From the NCBI GenBank assembly GCA_041651195.1, contig JBAZJR010000001.1, positions 71,601-135,600 of the forward strand: DNA of 64,000 nucleotides, written 5' to 3'. The DNA comes from Patescibacteria group bacterium. GTDB taxonomy: Bacteria; Patescibacteriota; Patescibacteriia; Patescibacteriales; UBA12465. Below the pieces are notes generated by a model. The model did no database searches. It worked only from the letters and a program-made list of their open reading frames with translations, and was not told where the DNA came from. This document shows positions 8,844 to 20,400 of this stretch, one piece after another (position 1 is the stretch's first letter; every line of letters begins with the position of its first letter). The position numbers and the translations under genes were made by a program.

Positions 8844-9602
8844 TTATTTGATGATACCGCCGATCAGTTCGCGGAATTTTTGTTCGGAGAGGTCTCCGTA
8901 TAGGTAATAATTATTGACGAACCAGCTGGGCGTGCCCACGATTTCCAGGGCATTGCCGTCGTCATAATCCTTCTTCACTGCTTCTAGGTATTTACGGTCT
9001 GTCAGGCAGGTAGTGAAGCGGTCCTTATTTAATTTAAGAGTGTCGCCTAAGGCGATGAGCTTCCCCGGGCGCGCGCTATCAGCCGTCGTCAGGTTATCTT
9101 GATTTTCAAACAATAAATCATGCATTTCCCAGAATTTCCCTTGTTCGCCGGCGCAGCGCGCCGCCATCGCCAGGTCGATCGAATCTTCATTGCGCAGGTA
9201 ATCGCGCCAGACGACCTTGATCTGGCTGCTATATTCTTGCGCTAGTTTCTTGATGACCGGGGAAGACTCCTTGCAGTAAGGGCAAGCGAAGTCGCCGAAT
9301 TCGATAATTGTCACTTGCGGCGCCTGGCTGCCCAGAGAATAGTTCGTGCCGTCGCCGCTGATCGTTTTAAGATAAGCTTCTTTTTCCGCGGCGCTCATCT
9401 GCCAGCCTTGGCTGGCTAGGAGTTGCCGGGTGGCGTTGACGACATAGAGGCTGGCGAGAGCCAGATAGAGCAGTAGCAGCCCGGAAATTATCAGGATAAC
9501 TACCCCCCACCACTTCTTATACCAGGGTAATAAGACTTTTTGATGGCGCGCCTTCATGGCTGCGAATTTAAGCCGTTCATTCAGCTTAGAATCCAAACTC
9601 AT
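8844..9602 (-). CDS. Membrane-anchored DsbA-family thiol:disulfide oxidoreductase
   Basis: N-terminal TM helix (WWGVVILIISGLLLLYLALASLYVV). Thioredoxin-fold CxxC active site FGDFACPYCKE, with a DsbA-like helical insert and VGTPSWFVNN. Confidence 0.8.
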   Translation of the reverse strand: MSLDSKLNERLKFAAMKARHQKVLLPWYKKWWGVVILIISGLLLLYLALASLYVVNATRQLLASQGWQMSAAEKEAYLKTISGDGTNYSLGSQAPQVTIIEFGDFACPYCKESSPVIKKLAQEYSSQIKVVWRDYLRNEDSIDLAMAARCAGEQGKFWEMHDLLFENQDNLTTADSARPGKLIALGDTLKLNKDRFTTCLTDRKYLEAVKKDYDDGNALEIVGTPSWFVNNYYLYGDLSEQKFRELIGGIIK

Positions 9603-9606
9603 AAAA

Positions 9607-9635
9607 TTGAAAGATTGGTTAATTTAAACTATACT
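9607..9635 (+). promoter_or_regulatory. Sigma-70-like promoter candidate for xth
   Basis: TTGAAA (9607-9612), a 17-nt spacer, then TATACT (9630-9635), 18 nt upstream of the xth ATG. Confidence 0.45.
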
Positions 9636-9652
9636 TTATTATATCATAAGAT

Positions 9653-10417
9653 ATGAAAATAATCTCTTGGAACGTCAACGGCATACGCGCGGTCGTCAAA
9701 AAAGGCTTTAAGGAATTTTTAACCAAAGAGCGCCCAGATATCCTGTGCCTGCAGGAAATAAAGATTTCCGCCGCGGCCAAGGCAGGGATTGAATTTGATT
9801 TTGCCGGCTATGATGAATATTGGAATTCCGCGGTCCGGCCCGGCTACAGCGGGACGGCGATTTTGGTGCGCGCCGGACTCGGCGGGATCAAGGCCGTGAC
9901 GGCTGGCTTAGGGATCAAGAAGTTCGACGCGGAAGGCCGCGTCCAGGTTTTGGAGTCGTCTCGGTTTTATCTTTTAAATGTTTATTTCCCGAATGCCAAC
10001 CACGAGCTATCGCGCCTGCCATATAAATTAGAATTCAATGATGCCTTGCTTGCTTATGTCAAGAAGCTGGCTAAGCGCAAGCCGGTTATCGTCACGGGCG
10101 ATTTCAATGTCGCTCATACGGCTATCGACCTTGCTCGGCCGAAAGAGAACGAGGGGAATGCCGGCTTTACGATTGAGGAGCGGGATTGGATGACGAAATT
10201 TTTAAAGTCAGGTTTTATCGATACTTTCCGGGCGGCCAACGGCCGAAAGATCCAGTATTCTTGGTGGAGTTTTCGGGCGGGCGCCCGCGCGCGTAATGTC
10301 GGCTGGCGGATTGACTATTTTTGCGTCTCCGCTAAACTGGGAAGATTAGTTAAGAAAGCTTATATCTTGGATCAAGTGGCGGGCTCCGACCATGCGCCGG
10401 TCGGGCTGGAATTATAA
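9653..10417 (+). CDS. xth: Exodeoxyribonuclease III (AP endonuclease)
   Basis: MKIISWNVNGIRA, LCLQEIK, GDFNVAH and SDHAPV are EEP-family Xth motifs. Confidence 0.9.
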   Translation: MKIISWNVNGIRAVVKKGFKEFLTKERPDILCLQEIKISAAAKAGIEFDFAGYDEYWNSAVRPGYSGTAILVRAGLGGIKAVTAGLGIKKFDAEGRVQVLESSRFYLLNVYFPNANHELSRLPYKLEFNDALLAYVKKLAKRKPVIVTGDFNVAHTAIDLARPKENEGNAGFTIEERDWMTKFLKSGFIDTFRAANGRKIQYSWWSFRAGARARNVGWRIDYFCVSAKLGRLVKKAYILDQVAGSDHAPVGLEL

Positions 10418-10436
10418 AGACGGGAATTATAAATAT

Positions 10437-12872
10437 ATGTACGATCATCAAAATTTAGAAAAAAAATGGCAAAAGCGTTGGCAAGATAGCGCTTTGTATC
10501 AGACCGGTACCGATCCGGCCAAACCGAAGTATTATATTCTGGATATGTTCCCATATCCCTCTGGTGCCGGTTTGCATGTCGGCCACCCTAAGGGTTATAT
10601 CGCGACCGATATCTTTGCGCGCCGGCGGATGATGCAGGGCTATAACGTCTTGCACCCGATGGGCTGGGACGCTTTCGGCTTACCGGCGGAAAATTACGCG
10701 ATCAAGAATAAGCTGCATCCGCGCGCGGCGACCGCCGCCAATATCGCCACTTTCAAGAGGCAATTAGGCTTGCTGGGCTTATCTTATGGCTGGGATCGGG
10801 AAATAAATACGACTGATCCGAAATATTATAAATGGACGCAGTGGGCTTTCTTGGAGATGTGGAAGAAGGGCCTGGCTTATGAATCGTCTGAGCCGATCAA
10901 TTGGTGTCCCTCCTGCCAGACCGGGCTCGCCAATGAAGATTTGGAGGACGGGAAATGCGAACGGTGCGGCAGCGACGTGGAACAGAAGCCGATGCGCCAG
11001 TGGGTTTTGCGCATCACTGATTATGCCGAGCGCCTTTTGGCTGATCTGGAAAAATTGCCGGATTGGGAAGAATCGATCAAAGAGATGCAGAAGAATTGGA
11101 TCGGCCGCAGCGAGGGCGCCGAGATCGATTTCAAGATCAAAGATACGGATCAGGCCATCAAAGTTTTTACGACCCGAGTCGATACCATATTCGGCTGTAC
11201 TTATGTCGTCTTGGCGCCGGAGAATAAATTAGTGGTCGCGCTCAAAGAGCGGGTCAAAAATTGGCCGGCCGTGGAAGCTTATTTGGCCGAGGTCAAGAAT
11301 AAGACCGATTTGCAGCGCACGGATCTGAATAAGGAAAAGACGGGCGTGCTTTTAGAGGGGATGCAAGCGGTCAATCCTTTTAGCGGCGAAGCGGTGCCGA
11401 TCTTTATCGCCGACTATGTCTTGAATTCTTATGGCACCGGTGCGGTTATGGCCGTCCCGGCCCACGATGAAAGGGATTTTGAATTTGCCGAAAAATACGC
11501 CTGCCGGATCAGGAAATCCGTCGCCTCTCTGGATGATCCGGAGAATAAGACTTTCGGCGGCTGTTATACCGCGGACGGGGTATTGGTTAATTCCGGCGAA
11601 TTTTCCGGCCTATCTTCCGAGTCAGCGCGCCTCCGGATGGCCGATTGGCTGGAAGAAAAAAAGTGCGGCCTCCGGAAAATAAATTATAAGATCAAGGACT
11701 GGGTCTATTCCCGCCAGAGATATTGGGGCGAACCGATCCCCCTGATCCATTGCGCCAAATGCGGCGTCGTGCCAGTGCCTGAAGAGGAATTGCCGCTTAT
11801 GTTGCCAGAAGTCGATAGTTATGAGCCGACCGGTACGGGCGAATCGCCGCTGGCCGCGATCACCGACTGGGTCAATATCAAATGTCCGTCTTGCGGCGGT
11901 CCGGCCAAGCGGGAAACCAATACTATGCCGCAGTGGGGCGGGTCCTGCTGGTATTATCTAAGATATATTGATCCGGATAATAATGAAGCTCTGGTCGATA
12001 AGCAAAAAGAGGCTTATTGGTCGCCGGTAGATTTTTATGTCGGCGGCGCTGAACACGCGACACGCCATCTGATCTATGCCCGTTTTTGGCATAAATTCTT
12101 GTATGATCTCGGCGTGGTGAGCTATGACGAGCCTTTTACTAAATTAAAGCATGTGGGTCTCATCATGGGTGAGGATGGACGGAAGATGAGCAAGCGCTGG
12201 GGGAATGTCATCAATCCGGACGAGATGGTCGCGAAATTCGGCGCGGACGCCCTGCGGGTCTATGAGATGTTTATGGGGCCATTTGAGCAGGCGGCTAACT
12301 GGAATACTAACGGCCTGGTCGGGACGCGTAAATTTTTAGAAAAGATCGAGCGCTTATCAGCCGAGGGGCCGCTTCCGGTCAAAGAAGATAAGAAGCTTTT
12401 GTCGCTCCTGCATAAGACGATCAAGAAAGTCGGATCAGATATTGAAAATTTCCGTTTGAATACCGCGGTTTCCGCGCTGATGATCTTAGCTAATGAGCTG
12501 ACGGAATATAGGAATGCGCATCAGGCTTGGCCTTTTGACGCCGCCAGGTTTTCTTGCCTGTTGCAGATTCTAGCGCCGTTCGCGCCGCACTTGAGCGAGG
12601 AGATCTGGGAGAGGTTGGGGAATCAAGGGAGTATTTTTAAATCTGTCTGGCCGCAGTTCGACCCAGCCTTGATCAAGGATGAGACGGTTAATCTGGCTAT
12701 TTCTATCAATGGCAAGTTGCGCGCGACGATCGAGGCCGCCGCGGACATTTCTGAAGATGAGGCAGTAGTCCTGGCGCGCGATAACGAAGCGATCCAGAGA
12801 TGGCTGGCCGGGAAAGAGATCGCTAAGATTATTTTTGTGCCGGGCAAGCTCTTGAATCTGGTGGTCAAATAG
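10437..12872 (+). CDS. leuS: Leucyl-tRNA synthetase
   Basis: HIGH motif (GLHVGHPKGY), KMSKS motif (GRKMSKRWGN) and the LeuS zinc/editing region. The track start 10392 overlaps xth. The in-frame ATG at 10437 (MYDHQNLEKKWQKRWQ) matches typical LeuS N-termini. Confidence 0.95.
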   Translation: MYDHQNLEKKWQKRWQDSALYQTGTDPAKPKYYILDMFPYPSGAGLHVGHPKGYIATDIFARRRMMQGYNVLHPMGWDAFGLPAENYAIKNKLHPRAATAANIATFKRQLGLLGLSYGWDREINTTDPKYYKWTQWAFLEMWKKGLAYESSEPINWCPSCQTGLANEDLEDGKCERCGSDVEQKPMRQWVLRITDYAERLLADLEKLPDWEESIKEMQKNWIGRSEGAEIDFKIKDTDQAIKVFTTRVDTIFGCTYVVLAPENKLVVALKERVKNWPAVEAYLAEVKNKTDLQRTDLNKEKTGVLLEGMQAVNPFSGEAVPIFIADYVLNSYGTGAVMAVPAHDERDFEFAEKYACRIRKSVASLDDPENKTFGGCYTADGVLVNSGEFSGLSSESARLRMADWLEEKKCGLRKINYKIKDWVYSRQRYWGEPIPLIHCAKCGVVPVPEEELPLMLPEVDSYEPTGTGESPLAAITDWVNIKCPSCGGPAKRETNTMPQWGGSCWYYLRYIDPDNNEALVDKQKEAYWSPVDFYVGGAEHATRHLIYARFWHKFLYDLGVVSYDEPFTKLKHVGLIMGEDGRKMSKRWGNVINPDEMVAKFGADALRVYEMFMGPFEQAANWNTNGLVGTRKFLEKIERLSAEGPLPVKEDKKLLSLLHKTIKKVGSDIENFRLNTAVSALMILANELTEYRNAHQAWPFDAARFSCLLQILAPFAPHLSEEIWERLGNQGSIFKSVWPQFDPALIKDETVNLAISINGKLRATIEAAADISEDEAVVLARDNEAIQRWLAGKEIAKIIFVPGKLLNLVVK

Positions 12873-12899
12873 GCGCGCTTACTTAATAAGATATTATTA

Positions 12900-13757
12900 A
12901 TGTCTGATTTATTAGTTAAAACAAGAGAAATTTGTCGTTTATTTGAGATTAAACCCGCTCGCTCCAAGGGGCAAAATTTTTTAATCAATGAGAAAATTTA
13001 TGATGATGTCATTACGGCCGCCGATTTGAAGCCGGAAGATATCATTTTAGAAGTCGGCCCGGGCCTGGGCTTCTTGACGGCTAAGCTGGCCGCGCGGGTC
13101 AAGCAGGTGATCGCCGTAGAACTGGATGATAAATTAGCCGCCTATCTGCAGACAGGAGTCGATGCCCAAGGCGTGGAGAATGTCGCAATCGTTAACGGAG
13201 ATATCTTGAGTTTTGATATCGCTCGCCATTTGCCGCCAAACGCCAGTCATTATAAAGTTGTCGCCAATCTCCCCTATAATATTACCTCATTTTTTTTACG
13301 GCGCTTCCTGAGCCAGGATTCGCGGCCGGATTCCTTGGTCCTGATGTTGCAGAAAGAAGTAGCGGAGCGGATCGTCGCCCGCCCGCCGGCGATGAGTTTG
13401 CTGGCCGCGTCTGTCCAATATTATGCCTCGCCAGAAATCATCCGGACGGTTAAAGCCGGTAATTTTTGGCCGGAGCCAGCCGTCGATAGCGCTATTATTA
13501 AGATCGTTAGTCATCAGAGCCAAAGAGACAGCCAGACGAAGGAAGAGGACAAGGATTTTTTCCGGCTGGTCCGGATCGGCTTCAGCGCCAAGCGGAAAAT
13601 GCTGAAAAATAATTTAGCCGCCGGCTTAAAATTAGAGCCGTCAAACCTGAATGATCTATTGACCCGGCAGGGCTTTGATCCAAGAGTCCGGGCGGAAGAT
13701 TTATCCGTCCAAGATTGGCGAAAATTATTTGCGGCTTTGCGGCTGTTTATGGTATAA
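12900..13757 (+). CDS. rsmA: 16S rRNA (adenine1518/1519-N6)-dimethyltransferase
   Basis: KGQNFL, the SAM-binding VGPGLGFLT, and the NLPYNIT motif. Confidence 0.9.
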   Translation: MSDLLVKTREICRLFEIKPARSKGQNFLINEKIYDDVITAADLKPEDIILEVGPGLGFLTAKLAARVKQVIAVELDDKLAAYLQTGVDAQGVENVAIVNGDILSFDIARHLPPNASHYKVVANLPYNITSFFLRRFLSQDSRPDSLVLMLQKEVAERIVARPPAMSLLAASVQYYASPEIIRTVKAGNFWPEPAVDSAIIKIVSHQSQRDSQTKEEDKDFFRLVRIGFSAKRKMLKNNLAAGLKLEPSNLNDLLTRQGFDPRVRAEDLSVQDWRKLFAALRLFMV

Positions 13758-13786
13758 TAAAATCAATTAAAACTATTATCTCGCCC

Positions 13787-14404
13787 ATGCGTGATTCAAA
13801 TGCTAATTCAGGCCGGCTCCCTAAGCCCCAGAGGATGGCGGTGATTATCTTGGCGGCTTTGGCGCTAGCTATCGTCATTTTTTGGATCTGGCAGATCCGG
13901 GCGCAGATCAATCAGCCATTTGCTTTCCGGGATGGTGTCGATTATAGCAGCATTGCCAGCTCTACTGACTTGGCGACTCTCCTGAGGAGCAAAGATACAG
14001 ACAATGATGGCTTGTCGGATTATGACGAAATCTATACTTATAACACTTCGCCTTATTTGGAAGATACGGATAGCGATAATCTCTCTGATCGGGAAGAAGT
14101 TGAAAGAGGGACTGACCCGAACTGTCCGGAAGGGCAGAATTGCAATTTGAGCGTCCCAGTGGAAACGGATAGCGCTACTTCGTCCGCCACGGATTTGCCG
14201 CCCGCTGCGCCCGTTGATCTGAACGCCTCCGGTACCGATGAAGCGGCTCTGCAGAACGCCCTTAGCGGCCAGGTAGACGCCGCGGCTCTCCGCGCCCTCC
14301 TGATTTCCGCCGGCGCGAACAAGGAAGATCTGGATAAGATCAGTGATGCTGATTTGATGAGAAGCTATCAGGAGACTTTAAATAAGCAAAATCAAACTCC
14401 ATAA
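13787..14404 (+). CDS. Membrane-anchored protein with thrombospondin type-3-like Ca-binding repeats
   Basis: The ATG at 13787 is preferred over the track start 13715, which overlaps rsmA. TM anchor MAVIILAALALAIVIFWIW. Two D-x-D-x-D-G/N-x-x-D-x-x-E repeats (DTDNDGLSDYDE, DTDSDNLSDREE). The stop lies 2 nt before the giant ORF. Confidence 0.5.
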   Translation: MRDSNANSGRLPKPQRMAVIILAALALAIVIFWIWQIRAQINQPFAFRDGVDYSSIASSTDLATLLRSKDTDNDGLSDYDEIYTYNTSPYLEDTDSDNLSDREEVERGTDPNCPEGQNCNLSVPVETDSATSSATDLPPAAPVDLNASGTDEAALQNALSGQVDAAALRALLISAGANKEDLDKISDADLMRSYQETLNKQNQTP

Positions 14405-14406
14405 AC

Positions 14407-17400
14407 ATGTTTTCTTTTTTGAAGACGAAAAAAGAAAGGGCGAGTCGGCCAGGCGGGAAGATGGCTGTCATTTTTTTAAGCTTGAGTCTAGTCTTAACCC
14501 TATTATTGCCACTTAAGCCGGCGCAGGCGCAGGTTGGCGGTTTTGTTACGGATGTCGGCAATACGATAGTTAATTCAGCGGCTTGGGTCTGGGAGAAGAC
14601 CTCGACTGTCGTTTGGAACGCTATCCAGAAAGCCGGTTCCATCGCTTTCCAGCGGACCCTATCTTCCGCCCTGAATAAGATCGCTTATGACGCCGCTAAT
14701 TATATCGGTTCCGGCGGGCAAGGGCAGAAACCGCTTTTTGTCACGATGAGCTTAGAAAATTATTTGAAGCAGGCTGGAGATGAGGCAGCCGGGGCTTTCA
14801 TCGAAAGCTTCGTCAATAATCTGAACGCGCCGGATCAGAATATGACGTGTCAGAACCAGTATGATACTGACGTGCGGACCTGTGCTGATGTTTTTTTCGA
14901 TGATGCCGCCAGCTATCGCTACTGTATCAGCCAGGCCGATACGGCTGCCGTAGAGTGCGCGGCCAAAAATGCTAATTCCAGCAATGTCGGCAACGTTACC
15001 CCGTCTTTCAACGTCTGTAGCCCCTCTTCGTTAGAAGCGAAGATCAGGATCGGCCTTGGCTTGGTCGACCAGCAGCGGCCGCAAGGACCGAATTGTACCG
15101 CTTCGCAGATGATCAAGAGCTGGGGGGATGATATCAATAAGAAGTTAGCCAGCTTGCGTGACGATAATTATTTGCAGGAGTTCACTAGCATCTTTGATCC
15201 GCGCTCCAACGATGTCGGCATCTATCTTTTGGCGCGTGCGGACCTCTCTAGCCAGTCTAATTATAAGGAAGAGGTGACTAAGAGCGAATTTATTACCAAT
15301 AAAGGTTTCTTAGATGTCCGTGATATTGCCGGCGCCATCCAGGGCGTGCCGGGCGAGGCGCAGCGAGAAGCAGACGCGGCCGCGCGTGCGCGGCAGGAGG
15401 CTCTAGGAAAAACAACCGGCGATATCCTGATCGACTCGGCTAATATCTTTTTGAATCAATTATATATTGCTGCCTTTGATAATTTATTAAGGAATCTCGC
15501 GAAGCAGACGGGCGGCTCTAGCAGCGCGACCCTGACTGACCCCGGCGCCGATCCCGGCGCACAGAAGGGAGAAAAAGCTGTGAAGCAGGTGACAACCTCC
15601 TTGCTTCAGCCGAAATTCGGCATCCGGACTGATTATGACGTCTTGTCTTCTTTAGCAATCTGTCCGAATCCGAAGAATCCCGGCCCGGATAATTGCGTCG
15701 TTGATGATAAGTTCATGCAGGCGATTACTGAGAAGAAGACCGTGGCGGAAGCGATCGCTGACGGCTATCTCCACGGCGACTGGCAGATTACCGCGGAAAG
15801 CTATGGTAGCAGCTATAATAGCGCTTATTCTTTGCGCAATATCCTGATTTTACGGAAATATCGCATTGTCCCGACCGGCTGGGAAAAGGCGGCGCGAGAA
15901 CTCGTTGCCGACCCGGAAAAACCGAAAAAAGCGACGCTCAGCGACCTGGTTTCCTGCTTCGATCCAAATGACCAATATAATTCTTTCAGCACTGATTTCC
16001 TGGCTGAACGCGCCTGGTGCGTCGGCTTAGTCGACCCGAACTGGGTCTTGAAAGCACCGTTGAATTATTGCCAGAAAGAAGGCGTCGGCGCCCAGATCTT
16101 GAGCATGAACATCATTCCGGCCGTAGCGCCGGCTTCTAGCACGCTCAGTATTACCCGCGCTGATGACTATTGCGCGGACAATCAGACCTGTATCAAGGAA
16201 AAGGACGACGGCAGTTGCGAAGCTTACGGCTACTGTAATAGTGAAAGGCGGACCTGGAATTTCGATACCGCTTCTTGCCAACCGATCAATAATACCTGCC
16301 AATCTTTTTCCGACGCGGCTGGCCGGCGCTTTTCTTATTTGAAAAATACCTTAGATTATAGCGATTGTAATTCTAATAACTCCGGCTGCCGCCAGTATGC
16401 CTTGTCTGGGACCTATGCCGCTTCAACCCAGGCTGTTTCTTGGAATGGCGGCATTGTCCGGTATCTGAATAAGAACCTGAGCGCTTGCACTAAAAACAAC
16501 GAAGGCTGCACCGGCTTATTGCGGATCAAGCCGACCTGGGGCGCGAATCTGGTTATGAATTCCGATTTTACTAATGATAGCATTGGTGATAGCGCTACGG
16601 CCGGTAAATTGAACGATTGGCCGATCATCGGCCAGGCAACGATCGTCAATGCGAGCGAGGAGCCGGGTAACGCGTCCGGAAAAGCTTTGAAATTATCTTC
16701 GTCCTCCGGGTGGTCAGGCGTCTATTCTGATAATCGCAATTCGCTTTTGCCCGCCAATTTCCAAATTATGGGCGGCCAATCCTATACGCTAAGCGCGGAT
16801 GTTTATCTCGCCGCTAGAGGAACATCGGGGACGGGGGTTATAATGACGATTGGCGCTGGCACCGATAGCGTTTCTGTCGGCACGGATACTTTAAGCAGCT
16901 GGCAGCATCTAAGCGCGACCATGCCGGCCGGCCGGTCTTTCAATGAACCGGATTTTAAAGTTAGCGCCGGCGCCGGGGCAGTTTTCTATCTGCGGAATCT
17001 GAAATTTGAAATGAGCAATTGGGATACGGGTTATAGCTCTTATGGCGCCTTTAAATTTTATGAAAGATTATTGCCGCCTTATTTGGAGAAGGCCTGCTAT
17101 GTCGACGCGACCAGCGCGACCAAAGACTATAACCTGAAATCCGACGCGCCAACGGTCTGCGCGGATTATGCCCGTAAATGCAATAAGGATGAAGTCGGTT
17201 GCGAGCGTTATACTTCAGCCAGGGATAATTTCACGATCGGCGCGAAGACCACGGACGCGGACTACTGTCCGGCCGATTGTTTAGGTTATGACGTCTATAT
17301 CGCCCGCGGCAGCTATTTCAATATTCCGGTTGCGGAAAATTTGATTCCGGCTAAAGCGACCGCTTGTAGCGCCGCCGCCGCCGGCTGCAATGAATTTACG

Positions 17401-20400
17401 AATTTAGACGCCTTAAGCCAGGGCGGCGAGCAGAAAGAATACTATACGCGGCTCAAGCAATGCATCAAGCCGAGTGCGACGGCTTGTGCTAACTTTTATT
17501 CCTGGGAAGGAACAGAAAATGGTTATCAACTCAAGGCTTATAGCCTGAAAAAGAATGGCAGCCAACCGGCGGTGACCGCTCCGGAAGTCGCGGCTGACGG
17601 CAGCGCTTTATGCGATGCGGAAATCTATCGTCTCTCGCCCAGCGATCCGCGCTATAACGCGGATTGTCGCGAATTCTATAATGCCGCCGGGCAGGTTTCT
17701 TACCACCTGGTCTCCCGGACCTATACCTGTTCCGATAATTGCCGCACTTATCGGATGAGTGAGAAGAATGAAGGCAACGTCTGCCTGAATGGCGGCGTCT
17801 GGGACACGGCCGCTCAAGCCTGTATTTATCAGGCGATTCCGGGCGAAGGTCAGTCTTGTCGGGCGGAAGAGAGCGGTTGTCGTGAATATAATGGCAATAA
17901 CGGCAGCAATGTCCGTTTGGCCGCCTCCTATGATTTTGAGACCGGCCTGGGCGGCTGGTTCTCGCCGGTGGCTGGCGCGCTGCAGCTAAGCAATATCGCT
18001 AATAATAAAGATGGTCATTCTATCAAGATACCGGCTCAGGTGCCGATTGAGTTGCCGGTTAGCCATTTTGTCCGGTCCGGTTCGGCTTATAGCCTTAAAT
18101 TTTTAGCTCGTTCCGGCGTTGAAGCTGATCTGCAGATCAGCCTGCAGAACCCCGCGACTGGCGCCACGGCTAATTTTTCAACGGTCAAAGTCAAGGGCGG
18201 GAACGAATGGGGAATCTATCAGGCTAATCTCTTTAATTTAGATCACCCTGTCGGCCAGCCGACAGCCGGCTATCCGAATGGGGAGGTGATGTTCGTAAGC
18301 GCTAACGCCGATTTCTACTTAGACGATATTGTTTTAATGGAGTCGGGAATTTCTGATCGTTACTACTTGATCCGTAATTCCAGCCAGACGCCGGAAGCCT
18401 GTTATTATGATACCCAGAATCAATATCAAGGACCGGATTATAATCTCGGTTGCACGCAGTATACGGATCGGAACCAGCTTAAGCACAATCTCCACGGGTT
18501 TACGCGTTTGTGCTCGGATTCGGCCGTCGGTTGCGAACAGATGATCGATACTAAGAACTATTCGCCTTACGGTGCCGCTTTCTGGGAAAAAGGCGTCGCG
18601 ACTTCTAGTTGTAATGTCGCGGATGCCGATTGTGTCAAAGTAGAAGGCGATAGCGCAGTATATGCGGTCTATGATTCTGGCAAGCTCTGCAGCGCGGCTA
18701 ACCAGGGCTGCAGCCGTTTGGGCGAAGGGCAGGGCGGCGCTAATTTCACTGGCTGGGCGGATGTTTTCAAGAATAATAACCCGGATCAATATAATACGAT
18801 TCTCTGTTCTCAGGCCAATGTCGGCTGCGAAGAATGGAAGAATGTCGATGATAATACCGCGAGTTATTTCAAGAATCCGGGCGCGGCTGCCTGCGCTTAT
18901 CGGGTGAGCACGAATCCCGGCGTAATCGGCAAGCGCTGGTTCAAGATCCCGGTCAAGCGCTGCGATCTGGATGGCAGCGGGAAGATAGAGAGCGATGAGG
19001 GCCTCGGGCAGATTTGTACGAGCGACAGTAATTGCGGCGCTCGGAAATGCTTGATCGATAATAATGATTATGAATGCCCGGTCACCTATTCTAAGACGAT
19101 CGGTTTCGGCGGAACCGGCAACCAGGTCCCGACGCCGGCGGGGAATGCCGGGCAATGCGAAGCCAGCTTTTCCGGCTGCACGGAATATATCGATCCGGTA
19201 ACCCGTTTCGCGCCGAATCTGGTGATGAATCCCAGTTATGAACTAATCGAGGACAACTTAGACGGCTGGGGCGCGGCTAGCAAGGAGAAATGGAACGGTG
19301 CTGTTCCGGCCTCCGGCCAGCAGGCCATCCGGCTAGAACCGTATAAGCTCTATAGCGCGGTCGTGACTAATGGCTCGAGCGCCAGCCCGACTCGGCTAGT
19401 ATTCTTAAATGTTGTTAATCGTTTGGGCGATAATAATTTGTTTGGCGCCGCGACGACTTCGCTAGAAATCGTCAGCAGCCAGCCAGCCATTTTTAACGCC
19501 ATGAATAATCGAGCGGTTTTGATCCAAGGCGGCGCAGCCGGAAAAACGATCAGCGTCAAAGAGCTGGCCATCAATTATCAATTATTAAAGAATGTCGATA
19601 AGACCAGCTGCCAAGGGCAGACTAAGTTCGATAACGGCTGTATCTTATTTAATGAGCGCGCGGTAGACGGAGCCGCTCCGGCTAGTCTGACTGCGGACGC
19701 TTACGCGACTACGGATGGGACGACACCGGCGCTCTGCAGTACGGCCGGCTCTTGTACGGCCAATCGCCTAGTCAAGGTTCGTCCTGATCGGGTCTGCGCC
19801 AGCTGGCTGGATTGCATTTCCTATACCCAGGATCCGGTTTCCAAGAAAAAGACCTGCTACGCTTTCGGCGAATGCGACCGCTTAGACGATAAAGGCGAAT
19901 GTGCGAATTTCCTGAGTCCCAATCCCGATTCCGCGATCTTTACTCTCGACCCGAAAATCGATCAGAACGCGACCGGCTATTCTTTGGCCGACCAGTATAA
20001 TCTAAGTGACATGAAATTGGACGGCCGCAGCTTGGACACTGATTTTAAATACGACTTTGAAACTTATCCGTCGGCTTGCGCCTCCTCTGGCCAATATGGC
20101 TGTACGATCAATAGTCCGGATCTGGCGACTAAATTCGGGACTGATTATCCAGCCAATGGCTCGGCTTATCTTAAGGTCGGACCCAAGGTGGGAGAGGCCG
20201 GGTATCTTTTAGCTGAAGACATATCAGTCCGCTTCTCAGATACGGAAGAATATTATTTGAATTATCTGGTCAGCACGAAAGATTCGGCCGGCGCTTTTGC
20301 CCGGATAACGATTACTGACCAGCTTGGCTCCGTAACCTCGACAGACGTCCGTGCCGATACCGGTTGGCAGCGGAAAACAGAGAAATTAAAGCTCGGCGTC

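Noticed and set aside
18334-19155. 273-aa minus-strand ORF inside the giant gene
   Set aside because: It is fully antisense to a 7.86-kb ORF with coherent domain structure. Its translation is low-complexity (R/I/A-rich) with no start context, which is typical of a shadow ORF.
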